From Octopus bimaculoides (lineage: Eukaryota): DNA of 64,000 nucleotides. The notes beneath the pieces are model-generated. The model saw only the letters and a list, made by a program, of their open reading frames with translations, had not been told where the DNA came from and searched no databases. The DNA lies in the NCBI RefSeq assembly GCF_001194135.2, contig NC_068985.1, positions 50,219,547 to 50,283,546 on the forward strand, written 5' to 3'. Shown here piece after piece: positions 1 through 12,659 of the stretch (positions are counted from its first letter, which is position 1; each line of letters begins with the position of its first letter). Position numbers and translations under genes: made by a program.

Positions 1-184
1 TGCTAACATCTTATATTTCCACGTTGTTATTGTTGCTAGATCTTTTGTTTATTTTGAAAATTTGTGTTCCCGGGTGTGAAGTTATGACCGCCAGGACTGA
101 AATTACATCTGTTTGTTTCACTGTTATTTTGCCCGTTTTTAAAATTATTTTCTCAGCTTATGTTTTCTTTTTAAATTCGTTGAC

Positions 185-540
185 AGTGGAGGTGCAATGG
201 CCCAGTGGTTAGGACAGCGGACTCGCGGTCATAGGATCGCGGTTTCGATTCCCAGACCTGGCGTTGTGAGTGTTTATTGAGCGAAAACACCTAAAGCTGT
301 GGTGAACCCTGCTGTACTCTTTCACCACAACTTTCTCTCACTCTTTCTTCCTGTTTCTGTTGTGCCTGTAATTCAAAGGGTCAGCCTTATCACACTGTGT
401 CACGCTGAATGTCCCTGAGAACTACATTAAGGGTACACGTGTCTGTGGAGTGCTCAGCCACTTGCACGTTAATTTCACGAGCAGGCTGTTCCGTTAATCG
501 GATCAACTGGAACCCTCGACGTCGTAAGCGTCAAAACAAC
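185..540 (+). mobile_element. tRNA-derived SINE, family B, full length
   Basis: A box TGGCCCAGTGG, B box GGTTTCGATTCCC, (CAA) tail; 12-bp TSD AAATTCGTTGAC at 173-184 and 541-552. Confidence 0.9.
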
Positions 541-1065
541 AAATTCGTTGACGTGTCAACAACTTCTTGAAGTAAGAACGTTCCCATTGCTCATTCCTTT
601 CATGTTAATATGTCTTCTACTTCAGGCGGCCATAACCAAGATGCTTCTTACAATGCTGCACTGAGAACTTTTGTTCCCCATTAGCTTTGGGAGAATTCTT
701 CAATTTCATGTTTGTTTCTGCCAATAACATCAATGTAGGTTGCGGATGTCTTCAAAATATGTCTGATATGGCCTGTTGTTCAGCACGAAGGTAGTGGTCA
801 GCAAAGTGTTTAACAATTATTGTAGAGATGGTAAAATACCTTTTACTACCTCACATTGAAAAATGTAAAAACGAGAAAAGTTTCATAGAAAATTAAAGTA
901 ATGCTTAAAAGGTATTGGGATAACTGTTCGTAATTCGTCTTTTAGAAAAATAATTCGAAAAAGAAAACCTTCCACCCAGTTAAGCTTAGCAATAACCCCA
1001 AAATCTCTTCGAGCTGTGCTTTCACCTGTCCGCTTGTCTCAGAATACAATAGTAATACAAATGAT

Positions 1066-1277
1066 TTCAAATTTTGGCAGCGAACCAGCAGTTGTTTGGT
1101 GGGAGAGGGCAAGTCAATTACATTGACCCTAGTACTCGTCTGGTACTTATTTTATCGAGCTCGAAAGGATGAAAAGTAAAGTCGACCTCAGCAGAATTTG
1201 AACTCAGAAAGTAAAGATGGACGAAATACTGCTAAGCATTTTGTCCGGCGTGCTAACGATTCTGCCAGCTCACCGCC
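1066..1277 (-). mobile_element. tRNA-derived SINE, family A (older tail type)
   Basis: Head GGCGGTGAGCTGGCAGAATCGTTAGCAC, B-box-like GAGTTCAAATTC, core GTCGACTTT.CTTTTCATCCTTTCG. Confidence 0.85.
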
Positions 1278-1296
1278 TAACACACAATAGTAATAA

Positions 1297-1601
1297 ATTT
1301 GTTGGCCCTCCGTCGCTTACGACGTCGAGGGTTCCAGTCGATCCGATCAACGGAACAGCCTGCTCGTGAAATTAACGTGCAAGTGGCTGAGCACTCCACA
1401 GACACGTGTACCCTTAACGTGGTTCTCGGGGATATTCAGCGTGACACAGTGTGACAAGGCTGACCCTTTGAAATACAGGTACAACAGAAACAGAAAGAAA
1501 GAGTTAGAGAAAGTTGTGGTGAAAGAGTACAGCAGGGTTCGCCACCATCCCCTGCCGGAGCCTCATGGAGCTTTAGGTGTTTTCGCTCCATAAACACTCA
1601 C
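1297..1601 (-). mobile_element. SINE family B, head lost in the N gap
   Basis: Reverse complement of the 185-540 body and tail. Confidence 0.85.
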
Positions 1602-2067
1602 NNNNNNNNNNNNNNNNNNNNNNNNNNNNNNNNNNNNNNNNNNNNNNNNNNNNNNNNNNNNNNNNNNNNNNNNNNNNNNNNNNNNNNNNNNNNNNNNNNN
1701 NNNNNNNNNNNNNNNNNNNNNNNNNNNNNNNNNNNNNNNNNNNNNNNNNNNNNNNNNNNNNNNNNNNNNNNNNNNNNNNNNNNNNNNNNNNNNNNNNNNN
1801 NNNNNNNNNNNNNNNNNNNNNNNNNNNNNNNNNNNNNNNNNNNNNNNNNNNNNNNNNNNNNNNNNNNNNNNNNNNNNNNNNNNNNNNNNNNNNNNNNNNN
1901 NNNNNNNNNNNNNNNNNNNNNNNNNNNNNNNNNNNNNNNNNNNNNNNNNNNNNNNNNNNNNNNNNNNNNNNNNNNNNNNNNNNNNNNNNNNNNNNNNNNN
2001 NNNNNNNNNNNNNNNNNNNNNNNNNNNNNNNNNNNNNNNNNNNNNNNNNNNNNNNNNNNNNNNNNNN

Positions 2068-2068
<1 letters not shown>

Positions 2069-2143
<75 letters not shown>

Positions 2144-2735
2144 GATGATGATGATGATGGTGGTGGTTTATGGAGCAGAAGAGAGGAGGATGTTAATAAC
2201 TCCTGCAATTATTAACAAATCTACAAAAGAAATATGGAAAATTGTTTCTTCTTTCCAAAGAAAAATATGATTAAAGACAAATCGTGGGGCGGAGAAAGTC
2301 GGGGAAAGGTTAAAAATGGCGAATTAATTTCTTAATCAACTTAAACATTCTTTGCTATTCGTAATCTGTTTCGCTTTCTTTCTCTCCGTCTTTGTTTGTC
2401 TCACAGACAGGATAATAAATTATAATATAGTTATACACACATACANNNNNNNNNNTTGTTGTTGTTGTTGTTGTTGTTGTTGATGATGATGATGATGCTG
2501 ATGATGATGCTGATGATGACGATGATGACGACTGTGACGGCGACGACGACGTCAATGACGACAATATCAACAAAGACCATGATGACAGTGACGATGACCA
2601 CGACGATGACAACGAGGACATGACAGACGGGGTCGTAATATTCGGTTTTCATTCCCAGTTAGAATTGTCTTAATTCAATTGTTATTATTGCTGCTGTTGT
2701 TTTTATTGTTGTTGTTGCTGCTGCTGCGCTGCCGA

Positions 2736-2780
<45 letters not shown>
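2069..2780. repeat. Compound trinucleotide microsatellites (TGA)n, (GTT)n, (GAC/GAT)n
   Basis: Directly visible; these produce the poly-D/M/S/Q ORFs. Confidence 0.95.
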
Positions 2781-3059
2781 ACAGTCTCAGAGGACTCAAG
2801 CTTGATTAGGTAGCAAGGTGAGATATAGAGAAATCTATTTCTCCAGATAATGTGTATATCATGGATTTGTCTAACAGAGGCCAATCTGATACGTTGTTTG
2901 CGCGAGATGTGGGGAAAACGTCAAAGTTATTTTAGCACTAATTATACATTAAACTTTCTAGATATCGTCAACCTCGCTATCTGAGTTGCCGTAATCAAGA
3001 ATTTTCCATTGTTTCGTAGGAGCTTTTAAATGTGTTTATTATGTGAATAAAATAAATAA

Positions 3060-3310
3060 ATGCGCCCTTTTAAAGCCTAGCCAGGCTCATGGGCCCGGTT
3101 TCCCAGTTTCAATGGCGTACGCGTTCCCCAGCTGGACGGGACGCCAGTCCATCGCAGCGTTACTCATTTTTGCCAGCTGAGTGGACTGGAGCAACGTGAA
3201 ATGAAGTGTTTTGCTCAAGAACACGACGCGTCGCCTGATGCAGGAATCGAAACCACAATCTTACGATCGTGATGCTGACACCCTAACCACCAAGCCACGC
3301 GCCTCCACAT
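3060..3310 (-). mobile_element. tRNA-derived SINE, family C (CORE-like centre); identical second copy at 3474-3724
   Basis: Head GGAGGCGCGTGGCTTGGTGGTTAGG..GGTTTCGATTCC; centre GTGTTCTTGAGCAAAACACTTCATTTCACGTTGCTCCAGTCCACTCAGCTG resembles the CORE domain. Confidence 0.8.
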
Positions 3311-4188
3311 GTGNNNNNNNNNNTGGGGAAAACGTCAAAGTTATTTTAGCACTAATTATACATTAAACTTTCTAGATATCGTCAACCTCGCTATCTGAGT
3401 TGCCGTAATCAAGAATTTTCCATTGTTTCGTAGGAGCTTTTAAATGTGTTTATTATGTGAATAAAATAAATAAATGCGCCCTTTTAAAGCCTAGCCAGGC
3501 TCATGGGCCCGGTTTCCCAGTTTCAATGGCGTACGCGTTCCCCAGCTGGACGGGACGCCAGTCCATCGCAGCGTTACTCATTTTTGCCAGCTGAGTGGAC
3601 TGGAGCAACGTGAAATGAAGTGTTTTGCTCAAGAACACGACGCGTCGCCTGATGCAGGAATCGAAACCACAATCTTACGATCGTGATGCTGACACCCTAA
3701 CCACCAAGCCACGCGCCTCCACATGTGAATAAAAGGAGTACAATTATAGCGTGGCTTCCGCTTGGCTTCGAACCATTTCGCTCAGATTCCTAGTTTAGGA
3801 CCACAACCTAACTGTATTACCATAAAAGGCAAGACCAGCTAAGAGAAATTAACTGTGTCACCATAAAAGGCCTTAACTTCAACTTGAACATGATTCGACC
3901 GATCAGATCAGCATCATCATTATTAAATCATTAAACATGAAAATAGGTCCACAGTTCTGCCATGCTCTCAAAAGACTTATAAATTTAACAGAAGTCAGGT
4001 AATAATAGACGAAAGGAGCCCGTCTTTAATTATAAATTGCAGTGTAAAATAGTCAGAGACAGAAACTTTGCTGTTATTTCACAGAATTTTATCTCTATAT
4101 GGCATTTGAAGTCATAGATAATTTCCTGGTCCATTGACTGCATACAAGTTGTAACGTTAGACAGTAAATAACGCGCGCGCACACACAC

Positions 4189-5091
4189 ACGTAGTCTGAT
4201 CAATAAGTATCCGGACTGTTGCTATAGTAACGAAGCTGAAGCACACAGAGTGAAGCCGCTTGGCACAGATTGACCTTGAACTCTGCTGTGCATGTGCACT
4301 AAGCTTTAACGTTCTAACTCACTTCCGCTATTTACAACAGTGCTTGGAAGTAACGTGTGCAGCGTGTGATCGTCGCATTCACTATGACAGAGAAAGTTGA
4401 ACAGAGAATCTGAAACAGAGAAAGTTGAACAGAGAAAGCTTGGTGATACCTACTCAGATGCCTACGCAAAGTTTTCTAAGAGTTTTTATCGTTTTCGTCA
4501 CAATCCAAGAAATCTTGTGCAACTGAAACCCGAGTGTCTTTTTGGTCAACTGAAAGCAGGTTTGGTACAAACTTGGCAGACATGTGTCTCATACCCAAAT
4601 CTTCAGTGATAATGGACTGAACTGAGCCGTAACTAATCTGCACATCCTCTGATAACTCACGGTTGGTGATTCGACGATTTCCCATCACAGCTGCACGCTT
4701 ATCTGCAATGTTTTCTCAGTTCTACTGGTCGCGGGTTTCCTAGAATGTTCGTCAATGTCGACATTTTTTCGGCCATCTTGGAAACGTCTGAACCACTCGT
4801 ACACTTGTGGGCAGCTCATATACTTCTCTCCATACATTTTCTGCCACTTTGCGCGGGCCTCTGAGCAGGTATCGTCATGATAACTTTCTTTGTCATGGTC
4901 AATGCGACGGTTACACACTACACACTTTCCTTCCAAGCACTGCTGTAAACAACGGAAGTGAGCTAGAACGTTAAAACTTAGTGCGCTTGCACAGCACAGT
5001 TCAAGGTCAGTTTTGTCAAGCAGCTTTACTCTGCGTTCTTTAATTTCGTTACTATGGCAACAGTCCGGATACTTATTGATCAGACCTCGTA
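4189..5091 (-). mobile_element. Decayed mariner-type transposon made of two inward-facing 5' ends
   Basis: TIR TACGAGGTCTGATCAATAAGTATCCGGACT; minus-strand HTH fragments (VYEWFRRFQDGR, RRITNRELSEDVQIS, LGMRHMSAKFVP); transposase start also on the plus strand at 4384. Confidence 0.85.
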
Positions 5092-6769
5092 TGTAGATGT
5101 AGAGACTCAGACCTCGTATATGTTTTCACAATCTGAAAGTAACTTCGATTCATAATAATGGACCTGACAACGATCAAAGTGTAAGACACTTTCAGTATCT
5201 AACGGCTTATCCATCATACCACATAAATTAAGAAGAACTTGACGTTCCAATTTGTGAGTAAACAAAGTTTGAAAAGATTCTGTATCCATCTATGCATTCT
5301 TTTAGACCTTAAGGAGGCCTAAGAGACTGGCAAATGCATTATTCCCTTCAAGACTCTGGCCAGGTGCATTTGAGTAATTAAGTAATTCCATTTTGTCTGT
5401 ATTATTTATGAAACTGCTAACATTTGCTTCATTGGAACTAGACAATGATTAGATATTACTAGTAAAGGCCAGTTTCGTCTGTGTGGCATTTTTGATTAGC
5501 TGTAAGATTATCTTGATTAACAAGTTCATCAAATATCGAACTGAACTCTATAGTCGTTGCTGAGTCCGTTGATTATTCCAACAATACCCGATTTTATTAT
5601 CTCATGCCGTAACTTAGCCAGCTCTGTCTTGTTTTGCTATTTCATATCATATCTTAAATTTGGCCTACCAACCATCTGAAATAACAACTGAAGTTTCCAA
5701 ATCAACTTTCTTTAAACTCCTTAGCTTCTAAATGCGAGCAAAATTTTCTTGGTATAATCATTTTTCCAGTAAACACAAAACAAGCTAATTTATCACTAGT
5801 TTTAATGTTATTCTCTTTTATTTCTTCTTAGTATCTCTAGACATCTCTAGACATCACTTAGTATCTCTAGACATCACATTATTGTTACAAAGAATCAAAG
5901 ACGTTTCACGTTTCTGAGCAGTGTTCATTTTACAAACTGTAGAAGCGGATGTGAACAAGTCTGTGGTTGTCGGCAGTTTCCTTTATGGGATGATGATTTT
6001 CAAAAGTACCATTGACTTAGATTTTTCGTTAATCTGGAAGTCAAAATTTTAGGTAGTTTACTATATCTCATTGAAAGTTTGACATATTTGATAAATCTTC
6101 ATTCTTTGAAAATTCTATAATAGTGAACACATTGTGGATTATATAAAAAAGAAAATGGGTGGATGAAATTTTTGAAAAAAATTGTAAGTAGAGACTATGT
6201 AAAGGGGTTATGGTAACCCTGTACTATGTTAAAATCTAAATGAATTTGATTGATAGTGAATATTTGCAACACAGAAGCAAACCTGTAAAAAGAAAAAAGT
6301 TTTTCCCTGTAAAGATAATCAATTTTTCCGCCCGTCCTTCAATTCATACACACACAAGCATACACACACACACACACACACACACATACATGCATGCATG
6401 CATCCACACATACACGATTACACACATGAATGTATGCATATATACATCCACACATACGTACGTAAGTATCGGTACAACATGTATATAGGTGTATATATAT
6501 NNNNNNNNNNNNNNNNNNNNNNNNNNNNNNNNNNNNNNNNNNNNNNNNNNNNNNNNNNNNNNNNNNNNNNTATATATATATATATTTGTACGTTTATTAA
6601 TACATCAATGAATGTATCAAGGAATCTATACATATATTGTCTGTTGATGCGATGGAAGCTTTGTAGTTATTCTAAAACCGTTTACATACTCCTGAACGCA
6701 CAGATGTAGGCATGAATGGATATATACGTGTGCGTATACATTTACATGCGTACTTACAAACACACATGT

Positions 6770-6809
<40 letters not shown>

Positions 6810-7438
6810 ATGCGTGCCTATATGCTTATGCGTGCAAACTTTTCTCAAAGTGTACACGTATATATGCATGAAGCGTCATATACATTAGATCATTTTTTTT
6901 GTTGTTGTTACAATTACACATTAATATTTTTGCAACCCTTCTTTTCGTACCAATTTTTTCAGCTTGATTGCTTGTTAAGTCTTCTTTTGTTAAATTCCAT
7001 CTTGTAACTATAATGCAGCTAATTCAGAAATACTGAATATATTTGTGACGATTATACCATTGGACAGAATAAGTTAAATTCAAATTCTTGTCTTATCCAT
7101 TTCATGGAGGCTTCAATTTAACAGTAAGAATAGATAAATATTTTCATTACATGATGGCGTGTTATCACGGTTCGAAATGCTCTATACAGGACGCTCACCT
7201 TTAATCATGCAACCTGTCATTCAGTTTCATTAGTTAAAAATTGTTTAGAAGTAGAGAGCCTCTACTTTAAAAGTGGTCATTCAAATTGTTTCTCTAAATC
7301 TAAATATTAACGTCTTAAATATTATTGAACTTGTGACCTCTGGTATACAAAAACACGGGACGACCAGACTAGAACATCTTTGTTCGTAATTCTGCTTGAC
7401 TAGAAACGACCTGGAACTAAGCATAATGATAACGACAG

Positions 7439-7501
<63 letters not shown>

Positions 7502-8686
7502 ATGTTACTAGTGTGCCGGTTAAAATGCACGACGTATAGCCAATGAGTTAAGGCACCCATATATTAAAACAGATGCCTGGCATGAAACTTCGTTCCTGCA
7601 TCGATAATAAATACAATGTTACAAGCATATTGGCTATCATGGTTAAAGAGTATGGATAAATAGTACATGATAAGAAAAAATTGTGGAATGATTTAGTTAT
7701 GATTTCTCTACACTTGTTTCGGTAACTGTCTGGGCATTTGTTGGACATTGTCTGCTGGAAAAACATAGTCATAGTAGGAACTGGAGTATCTACTCGAACT
7801 GAGTGTAACTGAGAGAGCCCCGCTAGAGACACCAAAGGAGATCATTTCTAGAGATGAAACGTATCCAGTACAGTTTGTAAATGTTTACTGATGGGAAAGG
7901 CATCCAGCTAAAGAAAATATTTCAAAGGAGAACATACGAACGAAATATGAACCCCGAAATGGTATCTCTTTACTAACAGAAATCGGGTACATGCTGTTAG
8001 AAACGATATGTATGCATCTGTTGCTGGGGTAACGTGTGAACACAACATTGGCCTATCTCTCTCTTCCTCTCTCTTTCTCTCCCTTCTATTTCTCTCTCTT
8101 TCTCTGTCTCTCTCTTCATCCCATTACCATCACATATATGTCTCTCTCTCTCTCTCTCTCTCTTCAGCTTCAATTCATTTAGTTGAGTAAGTCGTTCATG
8201 TTGACATCGGTGACTTTTGTACAACGCATATTTGTTTTCTGTTTTTATAAAGGAGGTCGTAGCGAGGCGTCAGTTAGTTTTCAGTTAAGTAAAATTATTA
8301 TTTCTTTCTATTTTGGTTTCTGTTTCTATATTATTACTATTGATCCGTTTCTTATTGTTATCATAATGCCCATGTATAAAAGTCTCTGGCAGTCCCTCTT
8401 GACTATTAGAAATCTTTATATATAGGCTTTATAAATTGAACAACGGGCGAAGACCTATTCTCGAGAAGTATGACAAATCATTGCTCGAACTCACCTAACA
8501 AAGTTGATACGGTTTTGTCTAGCTTACTAGCTGGTTATTCCCTATACTCAAAGCCATGAAAACTCCTTCTGCTACACCCCTCAAATCTAGAATCATACTA
8601 ACATTCTCATGCTAGCCATCTGTCTTAGTTTGCAGGATAAACTGCAACATCTCTTCGTCTTAAAAAGTAGATACATCTCTAGAGAA

Positions 8687-8941
8687 TACAGTTCTATATT
8701 TAAGAGATGAGGAATTATGTACATTATTCACATTATTTACAATTGACGGATATTTGTCCTCGTCTTGTTTGTTGTTGTTGTTGTTGTTGTTGTTGTTCTT
8801 CTTCTTCTTCTTCTTCTTCTTCTTCTTCTTCTTCTTCATCTTCTTCTTCTTCTTCTTCTTCTTCTTCTTCTTCTTCTTCTTCTTCTTCTTCTTCTTCTTC
8901 TTCTTCTTCTTNNNNNNNNNNGGTTTGATTCCAGGCTGTGA

Positions 8942-8998
<57 letters not shown>

Positions 8999-9147
8999 CA
9001 TCAAAAAATACCTTAGGAATGAGAACCCAGGTTCGATATTTCCCCAAGACACCTGATGAAGGCTGGAGAGTATATCAGCCGAAACGTTGCGTTAACAACA
9101 AACAAGATGAGGACAAATATCCGTCAATTGTAAATAATGTAAATAAT
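8687..9147 (+). mobile_element. Small non-autonomous Penelope-like (pLTR) insertion with 5' inversion and a hammerhead motif
   Basis: 12-bp direct repeat ATCTCTAGAGAA at 8675-8686 and 9148-9159; 8715-8775 is the inverse of 9095-9147; hammerhead at 9048. Confidence 0.75.
9048..9093 (+). ncRNA. Minimal type-I hammerhead ribozyme motif
   Basis: GACAC-CUGAUGA-A-GGCUG(GAGAGUAUAU)CAGCC-GAA-ACGU-U-GCGUU; core intact, palindromic stem III ACGU, one stem-I mismatch. Confidence 0.75.
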
Positions 9148-10427
9148 ATCTCTAGAGAAGCATTGACCACAGGTCTGCTACATCAGGCCTAACCTGGGAT
9201 TCAACAACAACGACTACGACAACAGCAACAATGACACCGTCTATAATCTAGATGCGTAATTCGAGCTTGCTCAGTTAAACCCGACTTCAAAGAGTGTTTT
9301 ATCGTGTAGCTTAGTTCAACTCTTTAAGCAGTGAGAAGTTTGCATAATTGATGAGCGTGTTCAATGACCTAAAGTGTTGAAAAATCAATAAGATTAGTCA
9401 ATAGATGACGTGATCTGAAAACGTTGACTATATTCATCACACTTGCAAAGATAAATATTTAGTTATTGAACTTGAAGCTAAAACGAGCTGCAGAGATCTA
9501 AAAATATGAAGAATTATTTATATACGATGTATTTGCCGCTGATCCTTGTTGCTATATGTATTATATAAATAATAAATACGTACATTTTTTTTATATTTAC
9601 ACCCCAACCAATACATGCATGGGAATCAAACATTCGCAGCCATTTTTAAGTATGCCTTTCTGCGAATCTTTGCCAAGAGTAAATCTACATAGCAACATAA
9701 CAGCAGTCATTTATCTATTCTTTTTTCATCCTTCTGCTTGGATGTATAAATTATTATTTTTTTTATTTCCTTGTGTATTTATTTATTCATTCATTCATTT
9801 ATTTTATTTTTCCTTATAATTAAACTAAAAAGACTAATCTATTATGCTCTGTCATAACCAGCAATTAAAATACACAGGCACACTGACTCCCACACATTTT
9901 CCTCTCACATCAAAACCAGCCTCGTTCGAAGTACTTATAAGGGTTGTGGAACGAATTTTCAAGCATACGCCCACTCACGGTAGCATAACCAAGTTTAATT
10001 CAAGTCAATGCTCATGTTCTTGTTGTTTACAACGGCGAATGAATTCAGCAAAGGGTCAGCGGTCATTCATTAAACCTACAAATAGAGCGAGGTCTCATTA
10101 AAGCTATTGAGTCCAGTATTGTTGACTTCAGGTAACCTCTGTACACTGCTGTCTCTCTGAGGCAGAGGGCTTTGTCTTTCATTTGAACCTCGGAGACCCA
10201 GGTGAAAGAAGCAAGGACTATCCAAAGTTGCTTAAATCAGTCCTAACTGGTCGCATTTTCTGACAGACGCTTGCCATTCAGTTGTTTAATTCCATGATTA
10301 ACCCAGATCAAAATGATATATGATCAACGGCGCCGATCAGCAAACAATTCTGTTCGCCGAACGGCTCTATTTGCTTGAAAGCATAAACAAAGCCAACAGC
10401 TTTGGTTAGTCTGAAAGTTCCGGTTAC

Positions 10428-10473
10428 TTCAGGCTGACGAGACACATCATGTTGAAACACTGATGTTCCAGAA
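10428..10473 (+). ncRNA. Type-I hammerhead ribozyme motif
   Basis: UUCAGG-CUGACGA-GACA(CAUCA)UGUU-GAA-ACA(CUGA)UGU-U-CCAGAA; core intact, stem I 5/6. Confidence 0.6.
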
Positions 10474-10481
10474 TGGCCTTT

Positions 10482-10517
10482 CTTTCTGGAGAAGAGCGTT
10501 GGCTCGAAACATTAAAG
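10482..10517 (+). ncRNA. Variant or degenerate minimal hammerhead, same family as 46978
   Basis: CUUU-CUGGAGA-A-GAGC(GUUG)GCUC-GAA-ACAU-U-AAAG; A6 changed to G; downstream flank matches the 46920-46977 flank. Confidence 0.55.
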
Positions 10518-10944
10518 CCTTCTTCCATTTTTTTCCTGAGCGTTAAACTAATACACCCTGTTTGTTCTTTCATCTGTCTTTGTATTTTTTGTATATTTTT
10601 GGATCATATATACATACAAACATACATACATGTATACATACGTACACGCACATGCGCACACACATGTATATGTACGTAATGTCGGAATGAACGAATAATG
10701 CAGCCTAATTCCCATATGTGTACTTATTTGTGGGGGTGGTGTACTTACTCATATCTAAACAAGCACTAACCGTTCTTTTATGCAAATATTTCGATACTGA
10801 TATTGGAGCAAAAGATTAATTAATCAGGACGTAATCAGTTAAATCAATCACATTGCAAACTAAATTGATTATGTCTATCAACCTCAACAAAGACCAAAAC
10901 GTTGACTCTTTACTATACATACATGCATGTATACACACACACAC

Positions 10945-11017
<73 letters not shown>

Positions 11018-11624
11018 CATGTACATACATATATATGTACATATACATACATATATAAACATATATAGACATACGCGCACACACACGCGCGCCAGCATAT
11101 ACTTATAGTTAATAGCCTACAATGAGAAATTTCCTCTATCAGCCTATCAGGAAGTAGATCTTGCATATCCTAACATCTGTTATTATTCTCATTCTGTTTC
11201 AGATTTTCTAAGGAATAGATGATACGTTACAACAACTGAAGAACCTCGTTTATAAATCTTAACAAATGGCAGATCGTGGTGCTTTACGTTTAGTCGTTAC
11301 TGTTACAAGTTATTGAGAAATCAATTTGAACGTAGGTTGTATGGTCCCTTATCTATTTTATTGCTCTAACTTCCAATCTTCCTTGTGCGCTCTTTTCCTC
11401 TTTTATCTTTTTATTTGTTTCAATTATTGGACTGCGGCCATGATAGGGCATCATTCTGAAGGACCGATTACAGTACTTTTTTTTTTTTAAATCCTGCTAC
11501 TTATTCAAGTGAAAATTTTGAAGAACCCCTAATTTACGAAGAAGTCAACAAACCAACCCCGTTTGTGAAACAGTGCTGGAGGACAAACACAACATCAACG
11601 TAAACACACACATGCATATGCATG

Positions 11625-11656
<32 letters not shown>

Positions 11657-11668
11657 TGTATGTATGTA

Positions 11669-11908
11669 TCATCATCATCATCATCATCATCGTTTAACGT
11701 CCGCTTTCCATGCTAGCATGGGTTGGACGATTTGACTGAGGACTGGTGAAACCGGATGGTAACACCAGGCTCCAGTCTGATTTGGCAGAGTTTCTACAGC
11801 TGGATGCCCTTCCTAACGCCAACCACTCAGAGAGTGTAGTGGGTGCTTTTACGTGTCACCCGCACGAAAACGGCCACGCTCGAAATGGTGTCTTTTATGT
11901 GCCACCAT
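11669..11908 (-). mobile_element. Retroposon 3' portion with (GAT)n tail (family E)
   Basis: CATCATCATCGTTTAACGTCCGCTTTCCATGCTAGCATGGGTTGGACG..GGATGCCCTTCCTAACGCCAACC; related tail fragment near 24025. Confidence 0.65.
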
Positions 11909-12149
11909 GTATGTATGTATGTATGTATGTATGTATGTATGTGTGAGCTGAGCGCGCGTGCGTGCGTGCGTATGTAGTATGCATGCATGTACATATACAT
12001 ATATATGTATATATATATATATATATATACATATATACTTTGATACTTTGATAGGTTTCGGCCAGTATTGACCCAGGCCACGTTTAACTTAATAGCACCA
12101 CCTAGCAAAATCATTCAAATCAGGAATCGGACAACATGGCCCATTAGAG

Positions 12150-12470
12150 GAGAGAGTTATTGTTTATGGGGGCATATCCGGATGTAGGAGGTTTATCCGG
12201 GATTTTTTTGAAGGAATTTGTCCAAAGACTTCTTGAACTTTATGGGGTCTGTTTCTGCTTTAATGTGTTTAGGTGTAATGTTAAAGAGAGCGGGGCCAAT
12301 TGAGGTGAAATAATTGTGCCGTATTGCTGCTATGTGATGCGAGTATGATTTATGTTGTGGGCGGACAGCACGGGGTCCAAGTCTTGGGAGTATCTTAAAG
12401 GTGGTGCCAACATCACTTTGGCAATGCTGGTGGGATATTTTCCACATCATGTAGATGAAGTAGCGCTCAC
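12150..12470 (-). mobile_element. Non-LTR retrotransposon 3' ORF fragment (RTEX-like)
   Basis: HNYFTSIGPALFNITPKHIKAETDPIKFKKSLDKFLQK resembles the RT C-terminal tail of RTEX/CR1-type LINEs. Confidence 0.6.
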
Positions 12471-12659
12471 GGTGTCATTGGAGAGAATAAAGCTTGAACT
12501 TTTCTAGTCGACCCCAATAGTCAAGGCCTGTCATGCCATTTATCTTTTTTGTAATTGACATTGTTTCTCTCGTTGTTTGCTTATTGAACTCATTTGTTAT
12601 CGTATTTCATGTTTACTGTTGGTGACGTCCTGTACGCATATATGTATAAGTATATATAT

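Noticed and set aside
187-260. tRNA-like sequences with A and B boxes (also 16475, 62405, 3240-3310)
   Set aside because: They continue into SINE bodies with TSDs and lack a proper acceptor stem; not tRNA genes.
2910-3727. Exact 404-bp tandem duplication (2910-3313 and 3324-3727)
   Set aside because: The copies look identical and flank a 10-N placeholder, typical of unmerged overlapping contig ends.
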